From Escherichia phage vB_EcoM_Schickermooser, in the sequence record NC_048196.1: a DNA stretch of 64,000 bases; one strand, given 5' to 3'. This document shows, piece after piece, positions 37,635 through 46,912 of the stretch. Under the pieces are notes generated by a model. It did no database searches, was not told the DNA's origin, and was given only the letters and a program-made list of their open reading frames with translations. Both the position numbers and the translations under genes were made by a program. The stretch's first letter is position 1. The number at the start of each line of letters is the position of its first letter.

Positions 37635-39410
37635 ATAGTTGCTATCCGTAGGCAAATTAGCAGGATTGTTGAAATACTGCTCTTTGTCATGCAGAGTTGC
37701 AGTTCTAATGTCATAGTAAAACTGCCCTGCCGGACCCGTTTCCGAGAACTCACGGTTTTTTAGGATAAAGCAATGAGTCGTATTGCGTTCTACAGGGTCT
37801 TCAGCGGCTTTATCTCGTTCCAAAGCCAAGGTAATACCAGCACCTTTAGCCAAGAAACTACTACCCATTGCATCGTCCTCTGTTAAGTGTTCATTGCCAC
37901 CATTAGCTGACTTCTTAACGTGTGAGATGACGATAATAGTTATAGCATACTCTTTCATGATTCGCTTCAACCATGTTGCTAACTCTTCCTGGGCTTGAAC
38001 ATCCATACCAGAAAGCAAATCAGAATAAGGGTCGATAACAAGAATTGTTACTCCAAAATAGATGATCATCTCCAAAACTTTTTCTTTGATAGACTCCACA
38101 TCTGCTCCACGATCATCACACACATAAAAACGTGGTGATCCATCTTCTCTTTCGTAAAAATCTAGGATTTTTTCTTTATTCTCTTCCAAGATTTGAAATT
38201 TCTCTTCCGGTGTTTTCCTGTGTAGAGGAATATGCAAGAAAGAGGACAACAGGTTACGAGAATATTTCTTATAAGTTGCTTCCAAGGACAGAATACCTAG
38301 GGTATGTTCTGGGTGTGCAACGATAATATGTTTGGTGATCTCGTTCACCATCAAAGTTTTACCGATACTGGTCTTTGCCAGGATGACTGTAATCTCTTCC
38401 TCTACTAAACCACCACCCAGCATATTTGCAGCAACACGCATAAAAGGAGGCAAGGTAATCATCTTGGATTCCAAGCATTCTAATGCAGCTTCATACAAGA
38501 CATTAGAAGCATAAACACCTGCTGGGGTGTATAGACGAGCACTCCAAAAAGCTTTTACGAAATCTTTTGCACGACCTTCTTCCAGATACTGATTGGCATC
38601 CTTAAGATCCATCTGCATACGGTAGACTTTGTTACGAGGCAGCACCTTAACAATATTTTCAAATGCCTCATTACCTGCTTTGTCATTATCCATGCAAACA
38701 ATAATCTTCTTAAATTTTTCAAAGAAAGGATATTGTGCCTGAACTTGTTTATACATACTGGTTTCACCAGTTGTGCCACTAACTACTGCTGGAAGTTCAT
38801 ATTTGTTGTCCAAGTTTTCAGACAGCATTTGATAAGCTGCCAGAGCATCGTGTTCACCACCTGTAATTACCACAGTATGAGAACGGTCTGCAAAACGAAT
38901 TTGTCCAAAAAGATCTACATCTTTACCTACTTGACCAATAGGTTTACTGAAATCTTTAGGATGAATACGACGCTTAAAACCAACCAATTCTTTACCGATA
39001 GTAGTCGGATATAAACAACTTTCTACTACCATCTGATCCCCTTCCTGACGGTATTCATAACGAACACCATAGAAAGATGAAACTTTTTCTTTAATGCCTC
39101 GATAACCACGTGGGTTGGTTGATGTTTCTTGAACAATTTTACGATGAATCTGTTTATTAAATTCCGAACCCACAATCTCCTCCTCTTCTTCTAAAACTTC
39201 ACCATTTTCTCGTAACCATTCTACGCTAGGAATAGTGTATTCACACGCAAAGCACTTAGCACCTTTATGCTCTCCATTAGAATCTAATCCATAAACCATC
39301 AGGTTATTACGAGAGCGATCCTTGCCATTTTTCATGCAGCGCGGACAACCTGTATGCCCTTCCTTGCTAAGATCAACATCAAATCCATATTTAGTTATAA
39401 TGTGCGACAC
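37632..39410 (-). CDS. DNA primase-helicase (T7 gp4-like)
   Basis: N-terminal Cys4 zinc ribbon (CPRCMKNG...CFACEY); C-terminal helicase with Walker A (SIGKT) and Walker B-like (VIDPYSDL). Confidence 0.85.
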   Translation of the reverse strand: MSHIITKYGFDVDLSKEGHTGCPRCMKNGKDRSRNNLMVYGLDSNGEHKGAKCFACEYTIPSVEWLRENGEVLEEEEEIVGSEFNKQIHRKIVQETSTNPRGYRGIKEKVSSFYGVRYEYRQEGDQMVVESCLYPTTIGKELVGFKRRIHPKDFSKPIGQVGKDVDLFGQIRFADRSHTVVITGGEHDALAAYQMLSENLDNKYELPAVVSGTTGETSMYKQVQAQYPFFEKFKKIIVCMDNDKAGNEAFENIVKVLPRNKVYRMQMDLKDANQYLEEGRAKDFVKAFWSARLYTPAGVYASNVLYEAALECLESKMITLPPFMRVAANMLGGGLVEEEITVILAKTSIGKTLMVNEITKHIIVAHPEHTLGILSLEATYKKYSRNLLSSFLHIPLHRKTPEEKFQILEENKEKILDFYEREDGSPRFYVCDDRGADVESIKEKVLEMIIYFGVTILVIDPYSDLLSGMDVQAQEELATWLKRIMKEYAITIIVISHVKKSANGGNEHLTEDDAMGSSFLAKGAGITLALERDKAAEDPVERNTTHCFILKNREFSETGPAGQFYYDIRTATLHDKEQYFNNPANLPTDSNY

Positions 39411-39422
39411 TTTGTTCTCCTG

Positions 39423-39701
39423 TTAAAATGGTTCGTTAGTCTCCATCATATATTCTGCTTCTAGTTCTTCCATATGCTTTCTAAATTGGAAAGCAATTTC
39501 TGCTACAGTTACATTTAAATCTTTTTCAAAAACTTCTGTAGAGCCTTCATAAAAACGAATACCGTCAATTAAAAGCCCTCCGTGGTAATCCCAATCACTT
39601 TCACGAGAAAGCGGGTTAGGCTCTTCATAATAGTAATCCACCTCCACGACTAAAGCTTTCCCGTTACGAGTGGTGTATTCAAAATCAAAAGTGTTAATCA
39701 T
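39423..39701 (-). CDS. hypothetical protein
   Basis: 92 aa. Confidence 0.4.
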   Translation of the reverse strand: MINTFDFEYTTRNGKALVVEVDYYYEEPNPLSRESDWDYHGGLLIDGIRFYEGSTEVFEKDLNVTVAEIAFQFRKHMEELEAEYMMETNEPF

Positions 39702-40645
39702 TATAGCTCCTCAAATAAAAGTCTACGACGCTCATTCAACACATCAATGTGATAATGAGTCCTGACATACTTAGCTAATGCTAATCCTTTCTCCATGCAA
39801 ACATCGGGAGCACTTAATAAGTATTCCGTAATATCTTTCCACTCGGAAGGTGTTTCAGCAAAGAATAACAAATCTTTAAACTCTTGTGTATGATAATTCT
39901 CACGAGGAGAACAGATCAAAGGTAAACCCTTAGCACCTGCCTCAAGAATTTTAAGATTGCTTTTTGCATTATTAAACACGTTATCAATCAATGGCGCAAG
40001 ACTGATTTGATGACCATCGTAAGATTCCATGTAGTTGGCATATGGTCTTACACCTTCATAAACACAAGTTGGTGCTACATTTTCTCTGATTACAGACCAT
40101 TCACGACTACTTAAAACTTCAGAATCCCTACGAAAACCACATATTGTAAGATCTTTACCAAAATCGGGCAAGATAGCCAAATCTTGTTTATGTGTTTCAC
40201 TTCCAGCCCAGACTAATGGAGTTTTGGAGTAGCGATCACGGGTCAACACAAATTGACCTTCCTCGTAAGGAAGTCCATTAGGGATTATGTGCACATTATC
40301 ATTGTATTGTGAAAGTTCAACTTGCAAGGCAGGTGTCGTAGTTGTAACAAGATCACTGTGCTCTAAAAACCATTTTAAATGTTCACGAATACCTGATTCA
40401 AAAATACCTTCTAACATGTGTCCTTTTGGAATAACTAAAGAGTCATCCAAATCCATAACCATTTTAAAGCCTAGGTTTTTAAGGGCTAAAAAGCCCTCTT
40501 TACCTTTTGTTGGCACTCCGTTAAAAACGAAAACGTTGTGTTTAGGTTGTGAAGAGAACTGCCTTGAGTAAGGCAGCACTACCCTATGGAAATCGCAGAC
40601 ACTATAATTGATTCCGTTACGATTGTCAAGAATTATTTGTCCCAT
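39701..40645 (-). CDS. glycosyltransferase, GT-B fold (paralog 1)
   Basis: C-terminal KSNLKILEAGAKGLPLICS matches GT-B sugar-donor-binding motif; paralogous to next gene. Confidence 0.55.
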   Translation of the reverse strand: MGQIILDNRNGINYSVCDFHRVVLPYSRQFSSQPKHNVFVFNGVPTKGKEGFLALKNLGFKMVMDLDDSLVIPKGHMLEGIFESGIREHLKWFLEHSDLVTTTTPALQVELSQYNDNVHIIPNGLPYEEGQFVLTRDRYSKTPLVWAGSETHKQDLAILPDFGKDLTICGFRRDSEVLSSREWSVIRENVAPTCVYEGVRPYANYMESYDGHQISLAPLIDNVFNNAKSNLKILEAGAKGLPLICSPRENYHTQEFKDLLFFAETPSEWKDITEYLLSAPDVCMEKGLALAKYVRTHYHIDVLNERRRLLFEEL

Positions 40646-40652
40646 ACTTCAC

Positions 40653-41600
40653 CTACAAACTTTCAATAACCTGGCGTCGCAATTCGTTTGCATCTGCCAG
40701 ATTATAATGTGTTCGAACATGTTCCGCTAAGAACAAGCCGCGATCTTCCCGATAGTTCGGATTGCGAAGAAGCTTAACAATTTCGTAATGCCATTCTGCT
40801 TTATTCTCTGCATAAGCAACAGCGCGAGCATCTACAGGGTTAAAATAAGGTAATACCTTAGAACAAACAATCGGAATACCTTTTGCCCCAGCTTCAAGGA
40901 TTTTGAGATTACTTTTACAATTATTAAAATCATTATCTACCAAAGGAGCTATAGCAATAGCATGACTTTCGTAAACACTCATGTAATTATCTAAATCTTT
41001 TACAGCAGCTTTATATTTGGCATTTGGTAAATTTCTACGGATCTTAATCCACTCTTGCCCTGTGATACTCTGCGAAGCTTCATACCCCGCAATAGTAAGA
41101 AGTTCATCATCAAAAGTGTTAGAGACTAGTCGTAAATCAGGTTCATGACTAGCACCTCCAGCCCATACAATAGGGGTACCGGATGAACGGTCATTTGACA
41201 AAGTAAATTGTCCGCTATCAAAAGGAAGTGCATTTCGGATTACAACAACATTTCTATTTAAATGACGGATTTTATATGCCAAATATTCCGTAGTCACAAT
41301 GACCACATCAGCAAGCTTAACCATAGCCACAATAGCGTGAGTGTTTGACTCATATAAACTTGCTAAATAATGTTCTGGATTAAGTTGGTAGAAATCATCT
41401 AAATCTACAACAATCTTAACACCTTGACGTTTCAGGGACAGAACATATTCTGCACCTTTAGAATGAATACGGTTAAACACGACAACATCTTTCTTAGGCT
41501 GAAAATTATTGTTGTTAAATGGTATAACAATACGATGATAATCACAACCGCTGTGAGGTTTTGCATCAATTTTCAGTTTAGTCCATTTTTTATTTGACAT
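40653..41600 (-). CDS. glycosyltransferase, GT-B fold (paralog 2)
   Basis: KSNLKILEAGAKGIPIVCS motif; start moved to ATG 41600 (GAGGAGG RBS) to avoid 50-nt overlap. Confidence 0.55.
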   Translation of the reverse strand: MSNKKWTKLKIDAKPHSGCDYHRIVIPFNNNNFQPKKDVVVFNRIHSKGAEYVLSLKRQGVKIVVDLDDFYQLNPEHYLASLYESNTHAIVAMVKLADVVIVTTEYLAYKIRHLNRNVVVIRNALPFDSGQFTLSNDRSSGTPIVWAGGASHEPDLRLVSNTFDDELLTIAGYEASQSITGQEWIKIRRNLPNAKYKAAVKDLDNYMSVYESHAIAIAPLVDNDFNNCKSNLKILEAGAKGIPIVCSKVLPYFNPVDARAVAYAENKAEWHYEIVKLLRNPNYREDRGLFLAEHVRTHYNLADANELRRQVIESL

Positions 41601-42273
41601 GTGCCAGTGCCTCCTCATAAGAAATTCGGATTTTCCCATTTTTAATATCTTCTAAAGACGCTTTATATTCTTCCCAGTTAATGCCAATAGCAGCTTCTTT
41701 CTCTTCTTTTGTCAGGTTAGCAAAAGGCATAGGATTGTTTCCAAAAACATCGTCTGGGTGGATATAAGCCATGATACGAAGTGGACAAGGTATTGCCTGA
41801 ATACCCTGATTCAAACCAGCAGCTTTCAAACGGTGTACCCATTCAGCATCTTCAAAACCATAGCCGTGAGTGTAAGGGCGGAAATAACCCATCTTCTCAA
41901 CAACGGCACGAGAATACATTGCAAATTGACACATTGCAAGCTCCCAGAGAATAACTTCTCCTTTACTCCCAACAACTTTATCTTTGAAATACTCCGGCAT
42001 ACCAAAGAAATCCCATCCTCCAGAGACAGCTTGATCTACAAAATATGTTTCCCATCCCTCCATGATTGGGTAGCAATCGTCGTCAAAAATAAACCAATAA
42101 TCATAACCTTCTTCATAAAACTGGTGCATAAGTTCATTCCTGGCGTAAGCTACACCTTTACGATCTGGATCGTTGAATACTCGAAAATCTGCATGTGGAT
42201 CTGTTACAAGATAGTCTTTAAGTGGACGGACACCTACAGTGATAACACCCACTCCGATTTTAATATTTTCCAT
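41590..42273 (-). CDS. glycosyltransferase, GT-A fold (GT2-like)
   Basis: KGVAYARNELMHQFYEEGYDYWFIFDDDCYP resembles GT2 nucleotide-sugar binding region with DxD. Confidence 0.5.
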   Translation of the reverse strand: MENIKIGVGVITVGVRPLKDYLVTDPHADFRVFNDPDRKGVAYARNELMHQFYEEGYDYWFIFDDDCYPIMEGWETYFVDQAVSGGWDFFGMPEYFKDKVVGSKGEVILWELAMCQFAMYSRAVVEKMGYFRPYTHGYGFEDAEWVHRLKAAGLNQGIQAIPCPLRIMAYIHPDDVFGNNPMPFANLTKEEKEAAIGINWEEYKASLEDIKNGKIRISYEEALAHVK

Positions 42274-42281
42274 TTTCTCTC

Positions 42282-42845
42282 CTAGATAGTTTTACTGTGA
42301 TCGTGACAGTGTAATAAATGATGTATAGACCGTTGAGGATTTGTTTGACCTAATCTGTAAATGTGAAACAGATACATTCCCCGCATCAATCCTAACCTCT
42401 TTCCTTTTTCATGTAAAGTGCGAGAGAAAATTAAGTCGAATTGGATAGATTTTTCTTCGAAAGGAATTTCATTCCACAATGATTTTCTAAAAAGCAAAAA
42501 GAAACCTGCCAGAGGTGTTCCGAAAGGAACTTCTTCAACACTCACTTTATGATATTCTCTTGCAATCTTAGCATATTCTATATGGTTTAGAATGTCTGGA
42601 TCATCGTTAATTTGGTTAGAGAAAAGCTGATAACCACTACCTAACCTGTTACAAGTTGCACCTATTACATCAAAAGGCGGGTTTGACATAACAAGCTCTT
42701 CAAGCATAGATGGTTGATCAGGTAGGAGGAACATCGTATCGGTATCTCTTAAACACACCCAACTATCATCTGGAAGAACGGCAATAGCTTCATTGATAGC
42801 CTTGCCGATATTTCCTGTCAGATAGGGAGTAATATAATAAATCAT
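42282..42845 (-). CDS. putative glycosyltransferase-like protein (weak)
   Basis: DxD-like LRDTDTMF; strong RBS. Confidence 0.3.
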   Translation of the reverse strand: MIYYITPYLTGNIGKAINEAIAVLPDDSWVCLRDTDTMFLLPDQPSMLEELVMSNPPFDVIGATCNRLGSGYQLFSNQINDDPDILNHIEYAKIAREYHKVSVEEVPFGTPLAGFFLLFRKSLWNEIPFEEKSIQFDLIFSRTLHEKGKRLGLMRGMYLFHIYRLGQTNPQRSIHHLLHCHDHSKTI

Positions 42846-42861
42846 TCTCCCCTCCGTTATA

Positions 42862-43053
42862 TTAACTGTCAGCTACAATCCCACGTTTAATCATTTCTTG
42901 TTGGATTTGGATGACACGATCTCGTGCTTCCATATATTCTTTAAAAGATTCTTGTAGATGGTCACGAGCTACATCCCGTAGTTTAATCAGTTTGTCGTTT
43001 GTCACTTCTTGAAGAGAGATCTCGCCAGTTTCATTGGTCCCAAGCGTTTTCAT
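42862..43053 (-). CDS. hypothetical protein
   Basis: 63 aa helical. Confidence 0.35.
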   Translation of the reverse strand: MKTLGTNETGEISLQEVTNDKLIKLRDVARDHLQESFKEYMEARDRVIQIQQEMIKRGIVADS

Positions 43054-43261
43054 TTACAACCTCCTTAATAGCTACTGCACAGTTCTTACAAATACATTGA
43101 CCTTTGTTCTTAGAAATTTCAATGTAAGGTTCATTTTCGTTTTCTCCGCGTCGTGAATCGTATATTACAGTATTGAAGCAGACAACGCAAATGTTTTTAA
43201 TAACGACATATTTTTGCACTTTTTGTTTAGTGCGAAAATTGACTTCAATGACTTCTCCCAT
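43031..43261 (-). CDS. small zinc-ribbon protein
   Basis: CVVC...CKNC; start at ATG overlapping upstream stop (TGATG). Confidence 0.4.
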   Translation of the reverse strand: MGEVIEVNFRTKQKVQKYVVIKNICVVCFNTVIYDSRRGENENEPYIEISKNKGQCICKNCAVAIKEVVNENAWDQ

Positions 43262-43545
43262 CAGTGAATCTCCCCTAAAATGTTGTTTTGAGACATTACT
43301 GCGGAGCATTCTACAGCATCATGAGTCCTTGCAAAACGCTCCCACAACACAGCATCTACTTTAAGAACCATACAAGGATAAATACTGTCGTTGATCATAT
43401 CAATGCTATATTTATCTACATCCTTTTCATCTTCCATAAACAAAGTAGCGTATGCTTCCAAATGTTTACGGGTGTAGTATACGTCCTCTTCGGTAAGACC
43501 GACAACCAGGTAACTTGCTACAACAACAGTATTATCTTCTTGCAT
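43261..43545 (-). CDS. hypothetical protein
   Basis: ATG at 43545 with AAGGGGAG RBS. Confidence 0.4.
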   Translation of the reverse strand: MQEDNTVVVASYLVVGLTEEDVYYTRKHLEAYATLFMEDEKDVDKYSIDMINDSIYPCMVLKVDAVLWERFARTHDAVECSAVMSQNNILGEIH

Positions 43546-43546
43546 T

Positions 43547-44068
43547 TTAACTCCCCTTTGGTAGATAGAAACCATGCACTTTATCTCGATAAACAAGACG
43601 CATATCACGCTCCCAGTGTGTCCTTATATTCCGTTTCTTGAAGTATAGAGCACCTTTAGTAACATCTAAAACAGACCGCAATTCAGGAAAATGTTTCTCT
43701 AAATAAAGTAAACGCTCCGCTATTGCTTTTGCTTCCTGCCACTTATCTTTCTCTGTCACGTTAAAAGTTTTCGCATATGAGAATTGCCCTTTCTGGAACA
43801 AGACTCCCTTGACTGTGTTAGGGAAGTAGGCATCATTTCTTCTGTTGATTACCACATTCCCAACGGCATTCATTCCTTTTTTACCCAGACCGCGACCTTC
43901 TGCGTAAATTGCACAAGCTAATAGAATTTTATCATTATATTGCTTTGTACATTTGTGAACTACTTTAGCGGTTTTTACGTTTGCAGCTTCGGCTTTCGCC
44001 ACAACAGGTGTAAATGTAAAAGCAGTTAAGGATAGTAACGCAACTGTTACAAAGTTTTTTATCAGCAA
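43547..44068 (-). CDS. cell wall hydrolase, SleB-like, with N-terminal signal peptide (candidate endolysin)
   Basis: Signal-like N-terminus (VTVALLSLTAFTFTPVVAKA); AIYAEGRG...GMNAVGNVVINRRN...GQFS matches SleB-like signature. Confidence 0.65.
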   Translation of the reverse strand: MLIKNFVTVALLSLTAFTFTPVVAKAEAANVKTAKVVHKCTKQYNDKILLACAIYAEGRGLGKKGMNAVGNVVINRRNDAYFPNTVKGVLFQKGQFSYAKTFNVTEKDKWQEAKAIAERLLYLEKHFPELRSVLDVTKGALYFKKRNIRTHWERDMRLVYRDKVHGFYLPKGS

Positions 44069-44100
44069 ATTTTGCCTCCTTTTTAAGTTAACGAACTTCT

Positions 44101-44129
44101 AGTATAACACGATAGAGGCTTTATTGCAA
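44101..44129 (-). promoter_or_regulatory. sigma70-type promoter (TTGCAA-N17-TATACT)
   Basis: On minus strand -35 TTGCAA (44129..44124), -10 TATACT (44106..44101); ~30 nt upstream of RBS/ATG at 44068. Confidence 0.5.
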
Positions 44130-44150
44130 GAGGGGGGATTTCTCCCCCTC
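44130..44150 (-). terminator. hairpin downstream of terD (weak terminator)
   Basis: GAGGGGGG-att-TCTCCCCCTC stem; weak U tract. Confidence 0.4.
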
Positions 44151-44168
44151 AAAATCATTTGTTAATTA

Positions 44169-44771
44169 TTATGGACATTCATACCATTCTTTTTTACCAC
44201 CGAAGGCCATCACCACATCGCAAATATCCAGACCAGCTTTACCTACACCATATGCTTTCAGCTTCCATTCTCCATCTTCACGAACCAGGGAAGCCACGTG
44301 GCAGATTGTGTTGCCAGCTACTTCAGGAGCCAGGAAGTCAAAATCCAGAATTTCCACATTACGCTCGGAGTCGAAGATTTTAAGCATACCTTCAGAAGCA
44401 TGACCAAAACGTTTCAGACCTGTATCATCATCAATAGTCAGAACAAAGGCAATCTCTTGTGCATCAGGAGAGATTTTAGCCAGAGTAATATCAATCTGCT
44501 CCATGCTGCCAGTTCCATCACGAACATCGTCACCAGCAAAGGTAGAACGTTCAGGATCAAACTTATTAGCATAGCAAACCAGATGACGTGCAGACAGCAT
44601 TTCAGGATTGCCAGCGGCATTGTGACGACAAACCAGTGCACTTACATCCAGATCCAGTTTAGAATCAGATTTCCAAGAGAATTCCAGGCGTAGTTCTTTC
44701 AGAGCCGGAGCAACTTTCTTCAGGGAAATTTTTTCGCTAGAGCCTTTTTTCAGGGAAATTTTATCAGTCAT
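44169..44771 (-). CDS. terD: TerD-family stress-response protein
   Basis: N-terminal ISLKKG...ISLKK, DLDVSALVC, and C-terminal EDGEWKLKAYGVGKAGL match TerD-domain signatures. Confidence 0.85.
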   Translation of the reverse strand: MTDKISLKKGSSEKISLKKVAPALKELRLEFSWKSDSKLDLDVSALVCRHNAAGNPEMLSARHLVCYANKFDPERSTFAGDDVRDGTGSMEQIDITLAKISPDAQEIAFVLTIDDDTGLKRFGHASEGMLKIFDSERNVEILDFDFLAPEVAGNTICHVASLVREDGEWKLKAYGVGKAGLDICDVVMAFGGKKEWYECP

Positions 44772-44786
44772 CTTTTGTCTCCTCTA

Positions 44787-45056
44787 TTATTTAAGTGTAA
44801 TACCAGTTACAGTCAATTCTACTTCCAAAAGCTTAGATGTGTTTTGGATTGCTACTAATTGTGCATGATGGTTTAGTTCTACAGCAGAATAATCATTTTC
44901 CCCATCATCTACTTTTAAATAAACAATTACTTCACTAAGGTCTAAACCATTTTCGTCAAATGCATTTTCATAGACGAAAGTATCTCCTACATCCAAATCT
45001 TTAATGGTAAGGCATCGTTTATTTACTTTTTGCTCATCAATTTCGAAGTTTAACAC
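44787..45056 (-). CDS. hypothetical protein, paralog B of 46078..46356
   Basis: Shares DLDVGDTFVYENAFDENGLD and EVELTVTGITLK with paralog A. Confidence 0.45.
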   Translation of the reverse strand: MLNFEIDEQKVNKRCLTIKDLDVGDTFVYENAFDENGLDLSEVIVYLKVDDGENDYSAVELNHHAQLVAIQNTSKLLEVELTVTGITLK

Positions 45057-45285
45057 TTCTTCCTCCTAATGTTATCTCCGGTTTGTATATACGAAGAATT
45101 ATAGCATTTTCATTTTCTTTGTCAACCCATTCTTCATAATCAGGCCATACATGAATCTCTACTCTACTTACAATATCTTCCATCCGCACAGTCCCAATGA
45201 AATATTCTTTGAGACTGCGCATAATGAAAGCTTCTCTCTCGCGCCAATAATTTTCTACGACTTGAGAGGCAAGCTCGTCGATCAT
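45037..45285 (-). CDS. hypothetical protein
   Basis: 82 aa. Confidence 0.35.
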   Translation of the reverse strand: MIDELASQVVENYWREREAFIMRSLKEYFIGTVRMEDIVSRVEIHVWPDYEEWVDKENENAIILRIYKPEITLGGRSVKLRN

Positions 45286-46076
45286 TTTTTAGCACCTACT
45301 TTAACAACCCACTCTCCGAACTCTTCAGATAAGAGTTTGTCATAAAGCTCTGAATCTGTCAAGTCTAAATCTTTAATGCCAATAAAACCAACATTGTCAT
45401 AAGCATTTGCCAGTTCTTTCAGGAAGCTGAACTTCTCATTACCAACGCCAACCATGAACCAATAGATAGGCTTATTCTTATTCTCTTCAATAAGACGACG
45501 AACAGCACTAGGATCACCATTCTCACCGTCTGTCTGGAAGAATACAACGCCAGGAGTAACATCAGCACCTGGTTCAGATACAGCTACAACTTTTTCACGC
45601 TCTACCGATACTGTTTCAGTTTTACCAAGCAGACGATTAAAGAAGCCTTTCTTTGGAGCCTCCTCTTGTACCACTTGTTTAGTGGTAACATATTTGGTAA
45701 CAGTGCCAAAATACTCATCGTAGATATCTGCCATTACAGGGGCGTAATTTGTTCCACCTCCGATACGAACATTACGCATACATTTACCAACGTAGTCATC
45801 GTAAACGTCTGCTGTTGCTGGAGTAAGCTCTTGAGAACTCGTATTGAAGGCCCACATGTCAATTTGTTCATTATCGTCGAACAGCATACCAAAAGGAAGC
45901 AGTTTACCTACAAAATCACTCACTACCCCACGAGTATATAGACCATGCATACTACCAGAAATATCTAGAGCACATGCTACACGAAGAACAATCTTACCTT
46001 CGTTCAGGTTCTTATTCTTTTTCAGAGAGAAAGCAAGGTTTTCTTGACGTTTTTTCAGGCTGATTTTCTCGGACAT
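45282..46076 (-). CDS. von Willebrand factor A domain protein (TerF/TerY-like)
   Basis: MIDAS motif DISGSM; N-terminal EKISLKK...SLKK resembles TerD leader. Confidence 0.6.
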   Translation of the reverse strand: MSEKISLKKRQENLAFSLKKNKNLNEGKIVLRVACALDISGSMHGLYTRGVVSDFVGKLLPFGMLFDDNEQIDMWAFNTSSQELTPATADVYDDYVGKCMRNVRIGGGTNYAPVMADIYDEYFGTVTKYVTTKQVVQEEAPKKGFFNRLLGKTETVSVEREKVVAVSEPGADVTPGVVFFQTDGENGDPSAVRRLIEENKNKPIYWFMVGVGNEKFSFLKELANAYDNVGFIGIKDLDLTDSELYDKLLSEEFGEWVVKVGAKK

Positions 46077-46077
46077 A

Positions 46078-46356
46078 TTATTTCTCCTTCTTAAGTGTAA
46101 TATTGGTAACTTCTAAATCTACTTCCACCATATTTGTATCTGGTGGGATGCAATGAGTATAGCCTCGTTGTGCTAGTGATCCATTAATACAGATCGCACT
46201 GTTTGTGGAATTTTTAATGAACACCAAGTTACGGTAGGTATCCAACCCTGCGTCTTCATAGGCATCATAATACATGAATGTGTCCCCTATGCCAAGGTCT
46301 TCGAAAGCAATAGGTAAATCCTGACACTTTTCTTCTTGAATATTGAATCTAAACAC
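46078..46356 (-). CDS. hypothetical protein, paralog A of 44787..45056
   Basis: GTG start at 46356 with GGAGG RBS gives 92 aa aligned with paralog B; track ATG 46422 would overlap upstream gene by 74 nt. Confidence 0.4.
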   Translation of the reverse strand: MFRFNIQEEKCQDLPIAFEDLGIGDTFMYYDAYEDAGLDTYRNLVFIKNSTNSAICINGSLAQRGYTHCIPPDTNMVEVDLEVTNITLKKEK

Positions 46357-46912
46357 GCATACCTCCTCTACCAATTTTGAAGCCCAAATCGTAAGCTTCC
46401 TTAGTGATCTTTTGTAACTCACTTATAGGAAGTGTTACAAGAGGATCATCTTCTTCAATTTCCATCTTGTCATCTTCTGTTTCAATGAGAGTATTATGCA
46501 CTTTGTGATAAGGGTTGTCAACACGTTTAAACTTATTCTTTTCTGTGCTGAAAAAACAATCTGGATCTTCTTCGCCATCACCCCAACCTTGGTTAGGATC
46601 TCCGTCAGATTGTTCTGTAGGGATTTCACCTGTAAAATACTCTTCCAGCACCATAGCGATACCGTCCCTTGGATTCGAGGAATGCATTAAATCACAAACC
46701 TTACCCCAATCCATAGCCCATTCGAACCGTTCACGAACGCCATTTTCATCCTCCTTTCCAGAGAAAACACAACCATAACTATCATAGTTGCCATACATCT
46801 CTTCAATAACAACACCATCCTTCAAAAGAAAGAGATAGCAAGGTGATCCGTCGAAAGAAGTAGAAAGGGCAGCTTTGCCCGATTCCTTACACAAAAAGCT
46901 AAAACAACCCAT
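46349..46912 (-). CDS. hypothetical acidic protein
   Basis: 187 aa, D/E-rich. Confidence 0.4.
   Translation of the reverse strand: MGCFSFLCKESGKAALSTSFDGSPCYLFLLKDGVVIEEMYGNYDSYGCVFSGKEDENGVRERFEWAMDWGKVCDLMHSSNPRDGIAMVLEEYFTGEIPTEQSDGDPNQGWGDGEEDPDCFFSTEKNKFKRVDNPYHKVHNTLIETEDDKMEIEEDDPLVTLPISELQKITKEAYDLGFKIGRGGMRV

Noticed and set aside
41758-42285. 175-aa plus-strand ORF antisense to GT-A gene
   Set aside because: No RBS; embedded antisense in a supported minus-strand gene.
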